In this document: piece by piece, positions 13,629 through 24,101 of the stretch
Position numbering within the stretch: position 1 is the stretch's first letter
Layout of the letters: every line of letters starts with the position of its first letter
NCBI GenBank assembly: GCA_963785725.1
Contig: CAWAWS010000016.1
Span: 1 to 64,000, forward strand
Direction of reading: 5' to 3'
DNA: 64,000 nucleotides
DNA from: an uncultured delta proteobacterium
GTDB taxonomy: Bacteria > Myxococcota_A > Polyangia > Palsa-1104
Notes under the pieces: model-generated
Database searches by the model: none
What the model saw: the letters and a program-made list of their open reading frames with translations, nothing else
What the model was told of the DNA's origin: nothing
Position numbers and translations under genes: made by a program

Positions 13629-14934
13629 ATGGCGGTTCTTCTCGACGCGAGCGCGCCCGATTTCGAGGCCGATTCGCCGCGCTGCTCGGCGCCAAGCGCG
13701 AATCGGCCGAGGACGTCGACAAAGCGGTCGCCGCGATACTTCCCGACGTGCGGGCGCGAGGCGACTCCGCGCTCGCCGAGTATTGCCAAAAATTCGACCG
13801 CGTCGACCTCGCCGCAACTGGGCCTGCGCATTTCCACTGCAGAGATCGAGGCCGCGGTCGCCGCCGCCGACCCGAAGCGGTGAAGGCGCTCGAATTCGCC
13901 CACGAGCGCATCCTCGCCTATCACCGCCGGCAGACCCCGCAGAGACGTCGCCTTCGTCGATGCGCTCGGCGTCGAGCTGGGCTGGCGATGGCGCGCGATC
14001 GAGGCGGTCGGGCTTTATGTTCCCGGCGGCGCCGCGAGCTATCCCTCATCGGTGCTGATGAACGCGGCGCCGGCGAAGGTCGCGGGCTGCCCGCGCATCG
14101 CGATGGTCGTGCCGACGCCGGGCGGTCATATCAACCCGCTGGTGCTGGCGGCGGCGCGCATCGCCGGCGTCGATGAGATCTACCGCGTCGGCGGCGCGCA
14201 GGCGATCGCGGCGCTGGCCTTCGGCACTCAGACCATCAAGCCGGTCGCAAAGATCGTCGGCCCCGGCAACGCCTATGTCGCGGCGGCGAAGCGCCGCGTG
14301 TTCGGGATTGTCGGCATCGACATGATCGCGGGCCCTTCCGAGGTTGTCGTGATCGCCGATTCCACCGCCGACCCTCGCTATGTCGCCGCCGATCTGCTCG
14401 CGCAGGCCGAACACGACGAGGCCGCGCAGTCGATCCTGATCACCGACGATTCTTCGCTCGCGCGCGCGGTCGGCGCGGAGGTCGAAGCGTCAACTCGCGT
14501 TGCTGCCGCGGGAAAAAATCGCGGGCGCGAGCTGGCGCGATTACGGCGCGATCATCTTCGTTCCAAGCCTCGCGGCGGCGACGAAACTGGTTGACCGGCT
14601 GGCGCCCGAACATCTCGAAATTATTGCGCGCGACGCCGAAGCGATCAGCGAAACAATCAACAACGCCGGCGCGATTTTCCTCGGCGCCTATACGCCGGAG
14701 GCGATCGGCGACTATGTCGGCGGCTCCAACCACGTGCTGCCGACCTCGCGCTCGGCGCGGTTTTCCTCCGGGCTCGGCGTCTATGATTTTGTCAAGCGCA
14801 CCTCGATCCTCAAATGCGACGCGAAATCGCTTGCGGCGCTGGGCCCGGCGGCGATCACGCTCGGCGAGGCGGAGGGCCTCAGCGCCCACGCGCGCTCGGT
14901 TTCGATCCGTCTTGCTCGGGACGGCCCGGAATGA
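13629..14934 (+). CDS. hisD: Histidinol dehydrogenase (mirror, frameshifted)
   Basis: [37 protein letters not shown]. Confidence 0.9.
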
Positions 14935-15421
14935 ACGGCGAACCCGCCGCGCCGTCGCGAAAGCGGCTCTACGAAGTTCTGCTCGATGAGGCGACGCTGC
15001 CGCGCGTCTCGCCGGATGCGGATCACGAGCGGGCGGTCGCGATCTTCGATCTCGTCGAGGAAAACAGCTTCGGCGCCCCGGCCGCGACGACGGCCCCTAC
15101 AGTCTGACGATTGCGCAGCAGGAGGCCAAGCTGAGCTTCGTCGTTCGCAACGAAAGCGCCGAGACGGTCGCCGATTTCGTCGTCTCGATGACGCCGTTTC
15201 GCCCGCTGCTGAAGGATTATTTCCTGGTTTGCGAAACCTATTTCGCCGCCATCCGCACCGCCAGCCCCCGCGAGATCGAGACGATCGATCGCGAGCGAAC
15301 GTCTTTGCACAACGAGGGCGCCGAACTGATGGCGACGCGGCTCGCCGACAAGGTCGAGATCGACATGCCGACCGCGCGCAGGCTGTTCACGCTGATTTCC
15401 GCGCTGCATTGGAAGTCGTGA
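14931..15421 (+). CDS. UPF0262 family protein (mirror)
   Basis: [34 protein letters not shown]...ALHWKS. Confidence 0.75.
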
Positions 15422-16080
15422 GCGCGATCCTCGATCGGCGGAAGTTCATCGAACAAAACACGCGGCTTTTGCGCCCTCCGCTCGCGCCGCATCTGAAGCT
15501 TTATCTCGCCGACGAAGCCGTCGCGCTTTGGCAGAAGACCGAGGAGGAACTGGGCGAGATCGGCCTGCCGCCGCCGTTCTGGGCCTTCGCCTGGGCGGGC
15601 GGGCAGGCGCTGGCGCAAATACATCGCGGAGCGCCCGGAAATGGTCGCGGGCAAAAGCGTGCTCGATTTCGCCTCCGGCTCCGGCCTGGTCGCGATCGCC
15701 GCGGCCAAGGCGGGCGCGGCGCGCGTCGAGGCGAGCGAGATCGACGATTTCGCGCTGACCGCGATCGCAATGAACGCGCGCGAGAACGGCGGTCGCGATT
15801 CTGCCTCGCGCCGGCGATCTGATCGGCCGCGACGAGGGCTGGGAGGTCGTGCTCGCCGGCGACATTTCCTACCAGCGCGACATGGCGGAAGCGGCGACCG
15901 CCTGGCTCGAGACGCTCGCGGCGCGCGGCGCGGAGGTCTTTATCGGCGATCCCGGCCGCACCTATCTCGCGCGCGAGCGCTCGAATGCGTCGCCGAATAT
16001 CCGTGCCGGTGACGCGCGCGCTGGAGGATGCGGAGATCAAGCGGTCGGGGGTGTACCGGTTTCGGTCCGCTCGCTCATAG
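15418..16080 (+). CDS. SAM-dependent methyltransferase (mirror, frameshifted)
   Basis: LPPPFWAFAWAGG, VLDFASGSG, IGDPGRTYL. Confidence 0.75.
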
Positions 16081-17041
16081 GCGCGAGTTTTGTTCATGTT
16101 TTGTTTCACGTGAAACAGTTTTGCCGCTCCAAATTTTCCAAGCTTTTTGCCAAATTTCTCCAAATTTTCCGCTTGTTTCTCCAAATTTTTCCAAAGATTC
16201 CTTTGGCGGTTTTGGGGAATATCAAGGGGTTACGAGGCGAAAAAAGCATTTTGCGCGATTCCAAATTTTTTTGCCTCCACACACAACCATAACTAGTAAA
16301 ACAGCGCCGGATCGACCTGACGTGGACAGCAACTGCCAAGCCGGCTTCCTCGCGAGGCGGGCTCGATCCGGCGGGGCGTGAAACTTTGTAGGCTGCGCCG
16401 TGTTTTCAACGGCTTAGGCGCCGATTCCTGCAACATCGCAACTCCCAAGCCCTCTCCTGAGGGCCCTCTTCCTGAGGCGCCGCGCGAAGCGCGGCGTCTC
16501 GAAGGACGCTCCGTGGGGAAGCTGCGCGCTGGTCCTTCGAGACGCGATGCTGCGCATCGCTCCTCAGGACGAGGCGGTGGGGCGCGCCGGCTTTTGTGGG
16601 GATCGCCTTGGGAGTTACGCAACTCGCGCATTTTCCGACGATTTCCAAATTTCCAGCGGTGTTAGGCCGTCTTCATCACCAAGGCGGCAGACTAACACAG
16701 ATTCTGCTTTTCCGGAAGAGATTTCGCCAAATTGGAAAAACAACCCGAAAGGAGCGCTTGCTCACGCAGATGTGAGCGCCGGTCTTGGGCCTGCGGGTGA
16801 AACATCGGCGCGGCTCGTACGTAAGGAGAGGGATCGCCTGCCGGCGCGTCCCCGCGGCGCACCCGTAACCATGGGCCAGGTAGACCGCCCGTAGAAGCGC
16901 TTTTATTTTTTTCCGATCCTCGGAGGGAAATCCAAATGAACGCTAAGATAGCCCTGACCACCGCTGCTCTGCTCGGTTCCATCGCCGGCGCCCTCGTCGT
17001 GGGCTCGGCCGCGCCCGCAGCCTCCGCCCAAAGCGGCGCCT

Positions 17042-18811
17042 GCCGGTCACATCGTTCGAGAACACGCTGTAGACGCCGAGGCCCTCGGCGTGGTGCGCCT
17101 GCACGCCGTCCGCGACTTTGTACGACGGATAGCCGTCATGACCTTGCGCCGCCATCCACGAGCCCTGATCCGGCGGATCGTACGGCATCTCCGACTGATA
17201 GAAGTAGACGGCGCCGCGCTCGCCGTTCCACAGCGTCTGATACTGCTGGAAATGCTCGACGAACAGGCCGTAGACGGTGACGTCGGCGCCGTTGACGATG
17301 ATGCCGTTGTTGCTCGGGTTCGCGGTCCAGCCGGCAGTGCCGTTGTTGTTGTCGTGATCGGCGCGCCACAGCCACGTGTTGTCGACGATGACGTGGTTGC
17401 TGTTGACGGTGACGCAGCTCGACGTCTTGCCGGTGACGGCGCCGCCGATGCGGCAGTGCACGTCGAAGACGACGGTCGGCGCTGCCGTGTGATCGGCCGA
17501 GCTGCCCGTCGGTCCGAGCTCGAGCAGCGTCGTCGAGTTGGTCGCGCCCGCTTCGAGCACGAAGCCGGCCAGCGTCACGTTGTCGACGTCGGCGACGTCG
17601 ATGAGGTCGTTGCCCTTGTCCGCCGTCAACGTCGAGATGCCGAGCCCGAGGATGATCGTATTGGGCGCGTTGACCACGAGCGCGCTGTCCAAGTGATATT
17701 CGCCCGGCGTCAAGAGCAGGTGTTTGCCTTGCGCCAGCGCCGCGTTCAAGGTCGTCGCCGTATCGGTGTCGGCTTTGGCGACGTAGAAGCGATCGATCGA
17801 CAGCGGGCTGCCCGGCGGCGTGCCGTCGCCCCAGCTGTGCCCTTGGCTATTCGTCTTCAGATTGGGCACCATGACGAGGTAATTCCCGGCGTCGTCGAGA
17901 TAGAGGAACGGCTTTTCGCGCACGAGCGGCGTCGAATCGGCGACGGTATAGGGCGGATTGGGCCAATTGTCGCCGCTCGGCGCGTTGGGATCGCCGACGA
18001 AGACCATGTTCCAGTTCTGCCCAGTCCAGTTTTGATCGTTGTTGCGCGTGACGAACTGCTGCTGCGTGCCCGAGTTGATGTTGCCGTCGACGAGCGAGTC
18101 GACGATGAAGCCGCCCGACGACCAGCCGCCGTCGTCGAGGTTGATGTCGCCTTTGATGTGCATGCGCCGTAAATGCGTGCCTTGCGAGACGGCCCAGACG
18201 TCGACGTTGTTGTCCTGCGTCGGCGTGACGGCGAGGTTTTCGGCGCCGCGCCAGAAGTTGCACGTCGCGTTCTGGCCGCCGAGCCAGTCGGCCTTGGCGC
18301 GGACGGCGCCGGTGATCGCCGTGTCGTCGGGCGACTTGCCGAGCCCGAGCACGTGCGTGTAGAAGCCGACTTTGACGTCGACCTGATATTGGCCGGGCTT
18401 GAAGAAGTAGGCGTAGCGGCCGTCGCCGAACTGCGCCCCGTCCTGCTGGTTGTAGACGTTGTCGAGCTGCCCCTGGATGTCGCTCATCGCCATGGACGGG
18501 TCGAAGATGAGCACGTTGGGGCCGAAGTCGGGCGCGGCGCCGCCGTTGCCGCCGCCGCATTCGGGCGTGACGGTCCAGCTGGGCGGGCAATTGGCCGTCG
18601 AGCCGCCGCCGCCGCCGGCCGCGCCACCGCCGCCGCCGGCGTTGCCGCCGCCCGTGCCGCCGCCGCCGGCGCTGTTGCCGCCGCCGCTGCCGCCGCCACC
18701 GCCGGACATCGTGATCTTGGACGAGCTGCACGCCGACGCTGCCAGCGACAGCCACAGCGCGTAATGGCCGCAGCGCCCGAACGAACGCTTATTGAGGTTG
18801 GTCATCATCAT
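17042..18811 (-). CDS. GH55-like exo-beta-1,3-glucanase lipoprotein, C-terminally truncated at the chimeric junction
   Basis: Lipobox ASAC, Gly linker, PDFGPNVLIFDP, QFGDGRYAYFFKPG, ATCNFWRGAEN, WAVSQ, WLWRADH, GLFVEHFQ, FYQSEMPYDPP. Confidence 0.8.
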
Positions 18812-19947
18812 TACTGCTCCAGATAGCCGGCGAGCAGCGAGTACCAAGTCGCGCCGGCGGGAGAGATGTCATTGGCGTTGAGGAACACGCTGTCGTCGGG
18901 CCAGATGGCGACGGCGCGGAATCCGTAGGCGTTGACGGCGTCGAGGGCGCCGCCGGCGAAGACGTTGGTGCCGCCGTTGCCGCCGACGGGCGAGATGAGG
19001 CCGATGCTGACGTTGGCGGGCGGCAAGTCGCACATGACGTCGAGGCCGCCGGCGAACGTGCTGCTGCAGTCGATCTGATCCTGGAAGCCCGACGGGCAGC
19101 CGCTCGCGTTCGGGCTGCCGAGCGCGCCCGCGTAGTCTTCCAAGATGGCCCAGTCGACGCTGGCGGCGAGCGTCTTCAAGTCGACGAAGCCGTTGCCGCC
19201 CGAGTCGGTGCACTGCTGGACGTACCAGCCGCCGAGGTCGAGCGAGACGGTCAACCCTTGGGCATGCAGCGCGTCGCGGAACTTGGCGAGGAAGCTGTTG
19301 AGCTGGTCGCTGAGCGAGTGGCCGAGGTTCTGCACTTCCCAGTCGAGGTTGTAGCCGTCCCAGCCGTAAGTCGCGGCGTCGGCGAGCATCGAGGTGATGA
19401 AGCTCTGCTGCGCGCCGGGCGGCGAATCGGTGATGACGTTCTGGATGCCGGTGTCGACGCCGCTGTTGCCGGCGCCGGCGTAGACGAGCGGGATGCACTT
19501 CAGCCCCGCGGCGTGGATCTTCTGCGCGATTTGCGCGGGCGACAGGCCATCGAAGCTGGAGCTCAAGAGCTGCGCCGGGCCCGAGGTATAGGCGTAGTTG
19601 AGCTGATAGAGCGCCGGGCTGACTTGCGTGAAGCTCGGCGAATGCTGCGCCACCGTCGTCAGCGTGTTGCTGAAGTCCTGCCAGACCCAGACGAGGGACT
19701 GCTTGGGCGGCGGGCCGAGGTCGGGCGGGCTCGTCATGCCGCCGTCGTCGGCGCCGGCGCCGCCGTCAGTCGGATCGGTCGTGCCGCCGCCGCCGGCGCT
19801 GCCGCCGCCGGCAGTGCCACCGCCGCCTGCCGGCGCGCCGCCGCCGCCGGCACCGCCGCCGCTGTGGCTCTTGTTCGACGAGCAGCCGATCGCGCCCGCG
19901 AGCAGCGCGCACAAAGCCCAGGTGAAACGCCGTTGCCGTTGTCCCAT
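18811..19947 (-). CDS. GH18 chitinase-like lipoprotein
   Basis: Lipobox AIGC, Gly linker, DxxxxDxE catalytic motif WDGYNLDWE; stop overlaps the GH55 start. Confidence 0.7.
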   Translation of the reverse strand: MGQRQRRFTWALCALLAGAIGCSSNKSHSGGGAGGGGAPAGGGGTAGGGSAGGGGTTDPTDGGAGADDGGMTSPPDLGPPPKQSLVWVWQDFSNTLTTVAQHSPSFTQVSPALYQLNYAYTSGPAQLLSSSFDGLSPAQIAQKIHAAGLKCIPLVYAGAGNSGVDTGIQNVITDSPPGAQQSFITSMLADAATYGWDGYNLDWEVQNLGHSLSDQLNSFLAKFRDALHAQGLTVSLDLGGWYVQQCTDSGGNGFVDLKTLAASVDWAILEDYAGALGSPNASGCPSGFQDQIDCSSTFAGGLDVMCDLPPANVSIGLISPVGGNGGTNVFAGGALDAVNAYGFRAVAIWPDDSVFLNANDISPAGATWYSLLAGYLEQ

Positions 19948-20404
19948 GGGCGAGACACTTAGCAGCCGGCACGCCAACTCGCGGCTGACGCAATTGGCCA
20001 GCGAGCGCGGAATTCGACGGCGCAAAAGTGCGGACGAAAAGCCTCAGGCGTCCATGCGCGGTTTACAGTGGCGGCGGCTAAACACGCGGAAACCGAGTCC
20101 GCGTTTGCCGTCGCTGCGGTCTATTGCAGCTCCTGTGCGAAGGCGCTAGCGGGGGACGAAATTCTCATGGGGCTGCCAGACTCAGCTCCGGTACGCGGAC
20201 GACGTGCGTGGTGGTTGCCCTGCGGCGGCGGCGCACGGGCATCCGGTGGATGCGTGCGCCGCCGCTCCGCCGGAATCGGCCATCGTTGGATCGGGCCACG
20301 CCCGTGGGAGGGTTATTTCGGGCGTACGCGGCCTGCACCCACGCGCGCCCCCAACAGCGGCCGATCGCACGCACACGTTTGATGTCGCGCTCGATCGTGG
20401 CGGG

Positions 20405-22033
20405 TCAGGCGGTGTCGGGTTTGATCGCGGTCAGCCCGAGCTCGACGATGGCCAATTCGCGCATGCGGTACTTCTGCACTTTGCCGGTGACCGTGAGCGG
20501 GAATTCGTCGACGAGCTTCCACCAGCGCGGGATCTTGTAGGTGGCGATTTGGCCGCGGCAGAACTCGGTCAATGCCGCATCGCCGAGGTGCATGCCCGGC
20601 TTGACGCGAATCCAGGCGACGACCTCTTCGCCGTATTTTTCGCTGGGCACGCCGATGACCTGCGCCTCCGAGACGGCCGGATGCGTGTGTAGGAACTCCT
20701 CGACCTCGCGCGGATAGATGTTCTCACCGCCGCGAATGATCATGTCCTTGATGCGGCCGACGATGTTGATGTAGCCGGCGTCGTTCATCGTCGCCAAGTC
20801 GCCGGTGTGCATCCAGCGGGCGGCGTCGATGGCCTGGCGCGTGGAGGCGTCGTCGCCCCAATAGCCGAGCATGACGGAGTAGCCGCGGGTGCACAATTCG
20901 CCGCGCTCGCCGCGGCCGACGATGCGGCCGTGCTCGTCGACGATCTTGACCTCGAGGTGCGGCTGCACGCGGCCGACGGTCCCGACGCGCAGCTCCAGCG
21001 GATCGTCGAGCGCCGTCTGCGTCGACACCGGCGAGGTCTCGGTCATGCCGTAGCAGATGGTCACGTCGCGCATGTGCAGCTTGTCGCGCACGGCCTTCAT
21101 GACCTCGACGGGACAGGGCGAGCCGGCCATGATGCCCGTGCGCAGCGACGAGAAGTCGAGCTCGGCGAGGCGCGGATGGTCGAGCTCGGCGATGAACATG
21201 GTGGGCACGCCGTAGAGCGACGTACAGCGCTCGGCGGCGACGGCGTCGAGCACGCTGCCGGCGTCGAAGGCTTCGCCGGGGATGACCATGGCCGCGCCCG
21301 ACGTCACGCAGGCGAGCACGCCCATGACCATGCCGAAGCAGTGATAGAACGGCACGGGAATGCAGACGCGATCCTGCTCGCTATAGCCGCAGCCGCGGCC
21401 GACGAAGTAGCCGTTGTTGACGATGTTGTGATGCGTGAGCGTGGCGCCTTTGGGGAAGCCGGTCGTGCCCGAGGTGTATTGAATGTTGATCGGGTCGTCG
21501 AACTGCAAGACCGCTTCGCGCGCGCTCAATTCGCCGGCGCTACAGCGCTCGCCGTGCTCGATGAGCGCGCTCCAGTCGTCTTCGAGGCAGAGCGCCAGCT
21601 CGAGGTCGGGCAGGCGCGGGCGGACGGCGGCGACCATGGCGGCGTAGTCGCTCGCGCGAAAGGCGCGCGCGTGTACGAGCACGCTCGTCGCCGACTGTTT
21701 GAGCGCGTATTCGAGCTCGGCGGCTTTGTAGGCGGGATTGAGGTTGACCAAGATGGCGCCGATGCGCGCGCAGGCGAGTTGGGTGACGATCCATTCGTAG
21801 CGGTTGGGCGACCAGAGGGCGACCCGGTCGCCGACGGCGACGTCGTGCGCGAGGAGGCCGCGCGCGACCCGGGCCGACGCCTCTTCGAGCGCGCGCCAGC
21901 TGGCGCGGTAGCCTTGCGAGCGCACGACCAGCGCGTCGCGATCGCCGAAGCGCGCGACGGTGCGGCGCAGCGCTTGGCCGATGGTTTCGCCGAGCAGCGG
22001 CACGTCGCTGCCGCCATGCGCGTAGGAGAGCAT
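20405..22033 (-). CDS. AMP-binding acyl-CoA synthetase
   Basis: QYTSGTTGFPKG, YGMTETSP, WMHTGDL, RIKDMIIRGGENIYPREVE, TGKVQK. Confidence 0.92.
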   Translation of the reverse strand: MLSYAHGGSDVPLLGETIGQALRRTVARFGDRDALVVRSQGYRASWRALEEASARVARGLLAHDVAVGDRVALWSPNRYEWIVTQLACARIGAILVNLNPAYKAAELEYALKQSATSVLVHARAFRASDYAAMVAAVRPRLPDLELALCLEDDWSALIEHGERCSAGELSAREAVLQFDDPINIQYTSGTTGFPKGATLTHHNIVNNGYFVGRGCGYSEQDRVCIPVPFYHCFGMVMGVLACVTSGAAMVIPGEAFDAGSVLDAVAAERCTSLYGVPTMFIAELDHPRLAELDFSSLRTGIMAGSPCPVEVMKAVRDKLHMRDVTICYGMTETSPVSTQTALDDPLELRVGTVGRVQPHLEVKIVDEHGRIVGRGERGELCTRGYSVMLGYWGDDASTRQAIDAARWMHTGDLATMNDAGYINIVGRIKDMIIRGGENIYPREVEEFLHTHPAVSEAQVIGVPSEKYGEEVVAWIRVKPGMHLGDAALTEFCRGQIATYKIPRWWKLVDEFPLTVTGKVQKYRMRELAIVELGLTAIKPDTA

Positions 22034-22210
22034 GCCACCAGTATAGCGATTGTCGCCCGGGCCGCGACGCTCGGCGCAGTCGGCGCAGTCGGCGCCGCCA
22101 AACGCTCGGGGCAACCATGGAGTGATATTTCCATCAGCCCCATGAGTGATAAAAATATCACCAAGCGGTCAGTGGCGCTTGTCATTCGCGCGCTGGTGAT
22201 AGATTTATCA

Positions 22211-23449
22211 CTAGCGAACGACTTTGAGCAGGCGGGCGCGGGTCGCCGGCAGCGGATCGGGCGCGTCGAGCGGCTCCACGACAATCGCGAACGCGCCGTT
22301 GTCGAAGGGCGTGCCCGGCGCGCGCTCGGTGCGGACGAGCCGTTCGCGCAGCTGCCGGCGCGCCAACGTGCGCGCGCGAAAGTGACAATACGGGTTGTTG
22401 CCGGGGCGGCCGAAGAGCGAGTGCGCCGTGAACGTGCAGCCGCCTTTGCAGACCTCGGCGAACGAGCAGGTGCGGCAAAAGCCCCACAAATCGTCGACCG
22501 TGCGTTCGCGGTTGAAGGCGATGGCGCTCGTGTCGTCGTTCCAGATCGTGGCCAGGTCGCGCTCGCGTAAGTTGCCGCCGACGTAATGTTTCGTCTGCAG
22601 CGACGGGCAACCTTTGACGGCGCCGTCGGACTCGATGCCCATGACGTAGCGGCCGGCCTGGCAGCCTTGCCAATGCTCGTCGCCGCTGGCGTCGGGCGAG
22701 CGCAGGCGGCCCTCTTCGGGCCCGAAATAGCCCAAGTTGTTGCCGGGCATCACGAGGATGCCGTCGGCGAAGGCGCGCTCTTTGAGCTGCGCGAGGCGTG
22801 GCACGAGGTCGAGCAAGTCCCACGGCTGCAAGAGCATGTCGGGGCGATCGGCGGCGCGACCGAGCGGCACCGTCAGCTGCACCTGCCACGACGAGATGCC
22901 GAGCGAACGCAGCTGATCGTAGAGCGGCTCGAGATCGTCGCGATTGAGGCGATTGACGTTGGTGTTCGCCGCCGTGCGAATGCCGGCGCGGCGCAGATGG
23001 CCGAGCGCGGCGACGGCGGCGTCGAACCCGCCCGGCGTCGCGCGCTGGAGGTCGTGGCTGGGCCGCAGGCCGTCGATGCTCACCGACGCCAAGTAGAGGC
23101 CGGCGGACGCCATCTTCGTCGCCATCGCGGCGTCGAGGCGGCGTCCGCCGGTGGTCATCGTCGGGCGAATGCCGGCGGCTTTGAGCGCGGCGATGATGTC
23201 GAGAAAGCCCGCGTGCAAGTAGGCTTCACCGCCGATGAGCACGACCTCTTTGGCGCGCATTTGCCGCAGCTCGCCGACGACGCGCAAGGCCTCCGCCGTC
23301 GACAGCTCGCCGTCGCGCGCGTCGCCGGCGCGCGAGCCACAGTGCGTGCACAGCTGGTCGCAGGCGAGCGTCAGCTCCCACACGACGTACGCCGGCCGAT
23401 AGTCGTTGCCGACGACCTGCAGGCGGCGATGAACGCGCGCGCCGGCCAC
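22211..23449 (-). CDS. Radical SAM/SPASM peptide maturase, PlpX (splicease)-like
   Basis: WELTLACDQLCTHCGSRAG (CxxxCxxC), LIGGE, WQVQLTVPLGRAAD, PGNNLGYFGP, SPASM Cys (GCQAG, GCPSL, CRTCSFAEVCKGGC, GNNPYCH), PFDNG tail; GTG start 2 nt after the precursor stop. Confidence 0.9.
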   Translation of the reverse strand: MAGARVHRRLQVVGNDYRPAYVVWELTLACDQLCTHCGSRAGDARDGELSTAEALRVVGELRQMRAKEVVLIGGEAYLHAGFLDIIAALKAAGIRPTMTTGGRRLDAAMATKMASAGLYLASVSIDGLRPSHDLQRATPGGFDAAVAALGHLRRAGIRTAANTNVNRLNRDDLEPLYDQLRSLGISSWQVQLTVPLGRAADRPDMLLQPWDLLDLVPRLAQLKERAFADGILVMPGNNLGYFGPEEGRLRSPDASGDEHWQGCQAGRYVMGIESDGAVKGCPSLQTKHYVGGNLRERDLATIWNDDTSAIAFNRERTVDDLWGFCRTCSFAEVCKGGCTFTAHSLFGRPGNNPYCHFRARTLARRQLRERLVRTERAPGTPFDNGAFAIVVEPLDAPDPLPATRARLLKVVR

Positions 23450-23451
23450 GC

Positions 23452-23760
23452 CTATTGTCCGCCGTCGGGATTGCCGAGGCCGGCGTCGGGATCGTGCGCG
23501 ACCACGGGCGTCATATCGACGGGCACGGACATGTCGGGCGCGGGCGGCTCGAGCTCGCGGCAGCCGTTCTTGTCGCTGACGCAGGGACTGCCGTAGCAGG
23601 CCATGAGCGTCATCGACATGGTGCCGAGGCCGATGAAGCCGAGTATCTTGAAGAGGCGGCGGCTGATGACGCTCGGTCCCTTGGCGGCGCAGTTGGGGCA
23701 ATGCGACGCGGACGCGATCATGAAGCCCGAGCAGTGACGGCAGCGATTCATTAGTTTCAT
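23452..23760 (-). CDS. Putative rSAM substrate: zinc-ribbon + lipoprotein signal + CYG motif peptide
   Basis: CRHC...HCPNC, then RR + hydrophobic stretch, LMA-CYGSPC, Pro/Asp tail; GGAGG upstream. Confidence 0.8.
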   Translation of the reverse strand: MKLMNRCRHCSGFMIASASHCPNCAAKGPSVISRRLFKILGFIGLGTMSMTLMACYGSPCVSDKNGCRELEPPAPDMSVPVDMTPVVAHDPDAGLGNPDGGQ

Positions 23761-23782
23761 GTGCGGTTGGATCCTCCGCGGC

Positions 23783-23805
23783 GCTGTATAGCAAGCGAAG
23801 GGCCA
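23783..23805 (-). promoter_or_regulatory. Candidate promoter of the precursor/rSAM operon (sigma54-like, or extended -10)
   Basis: Minus strand TGGCCCTTCGCTTGCT (GG-N10-GC) overlapping TGCTATACA, ~30 nt before the ATG. Confidence 0.45.
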
Positions 23806-24101
23806 CGCGAATTCGCGAGCAGTTACGCCGAATCGACGGCGCGTGTGTGGCGTGGGCGTTCACAAGCAGGCGGGCCGCGACAGGGCTGTCGTTGTTCGCG
23901 CGTCGGGCGCTGCGGCGCCCAAAAGGCCGGCGGCGGCGTGCTCATCGGCGCGAGGTCGGGATGCCGATCGGCGGTGTCGCATTGTTGGCGCCGAACCCGC
24001 GCGGCGTCGCGTCGCGGCAGGATCGGTAGCGCGCGGTCAATGCGCGAGCGCCTGTCGCGGCAGCGCCGTGCGGTGGTTGGTCGGCCGGCGGGCCGCGCGG
24101 C

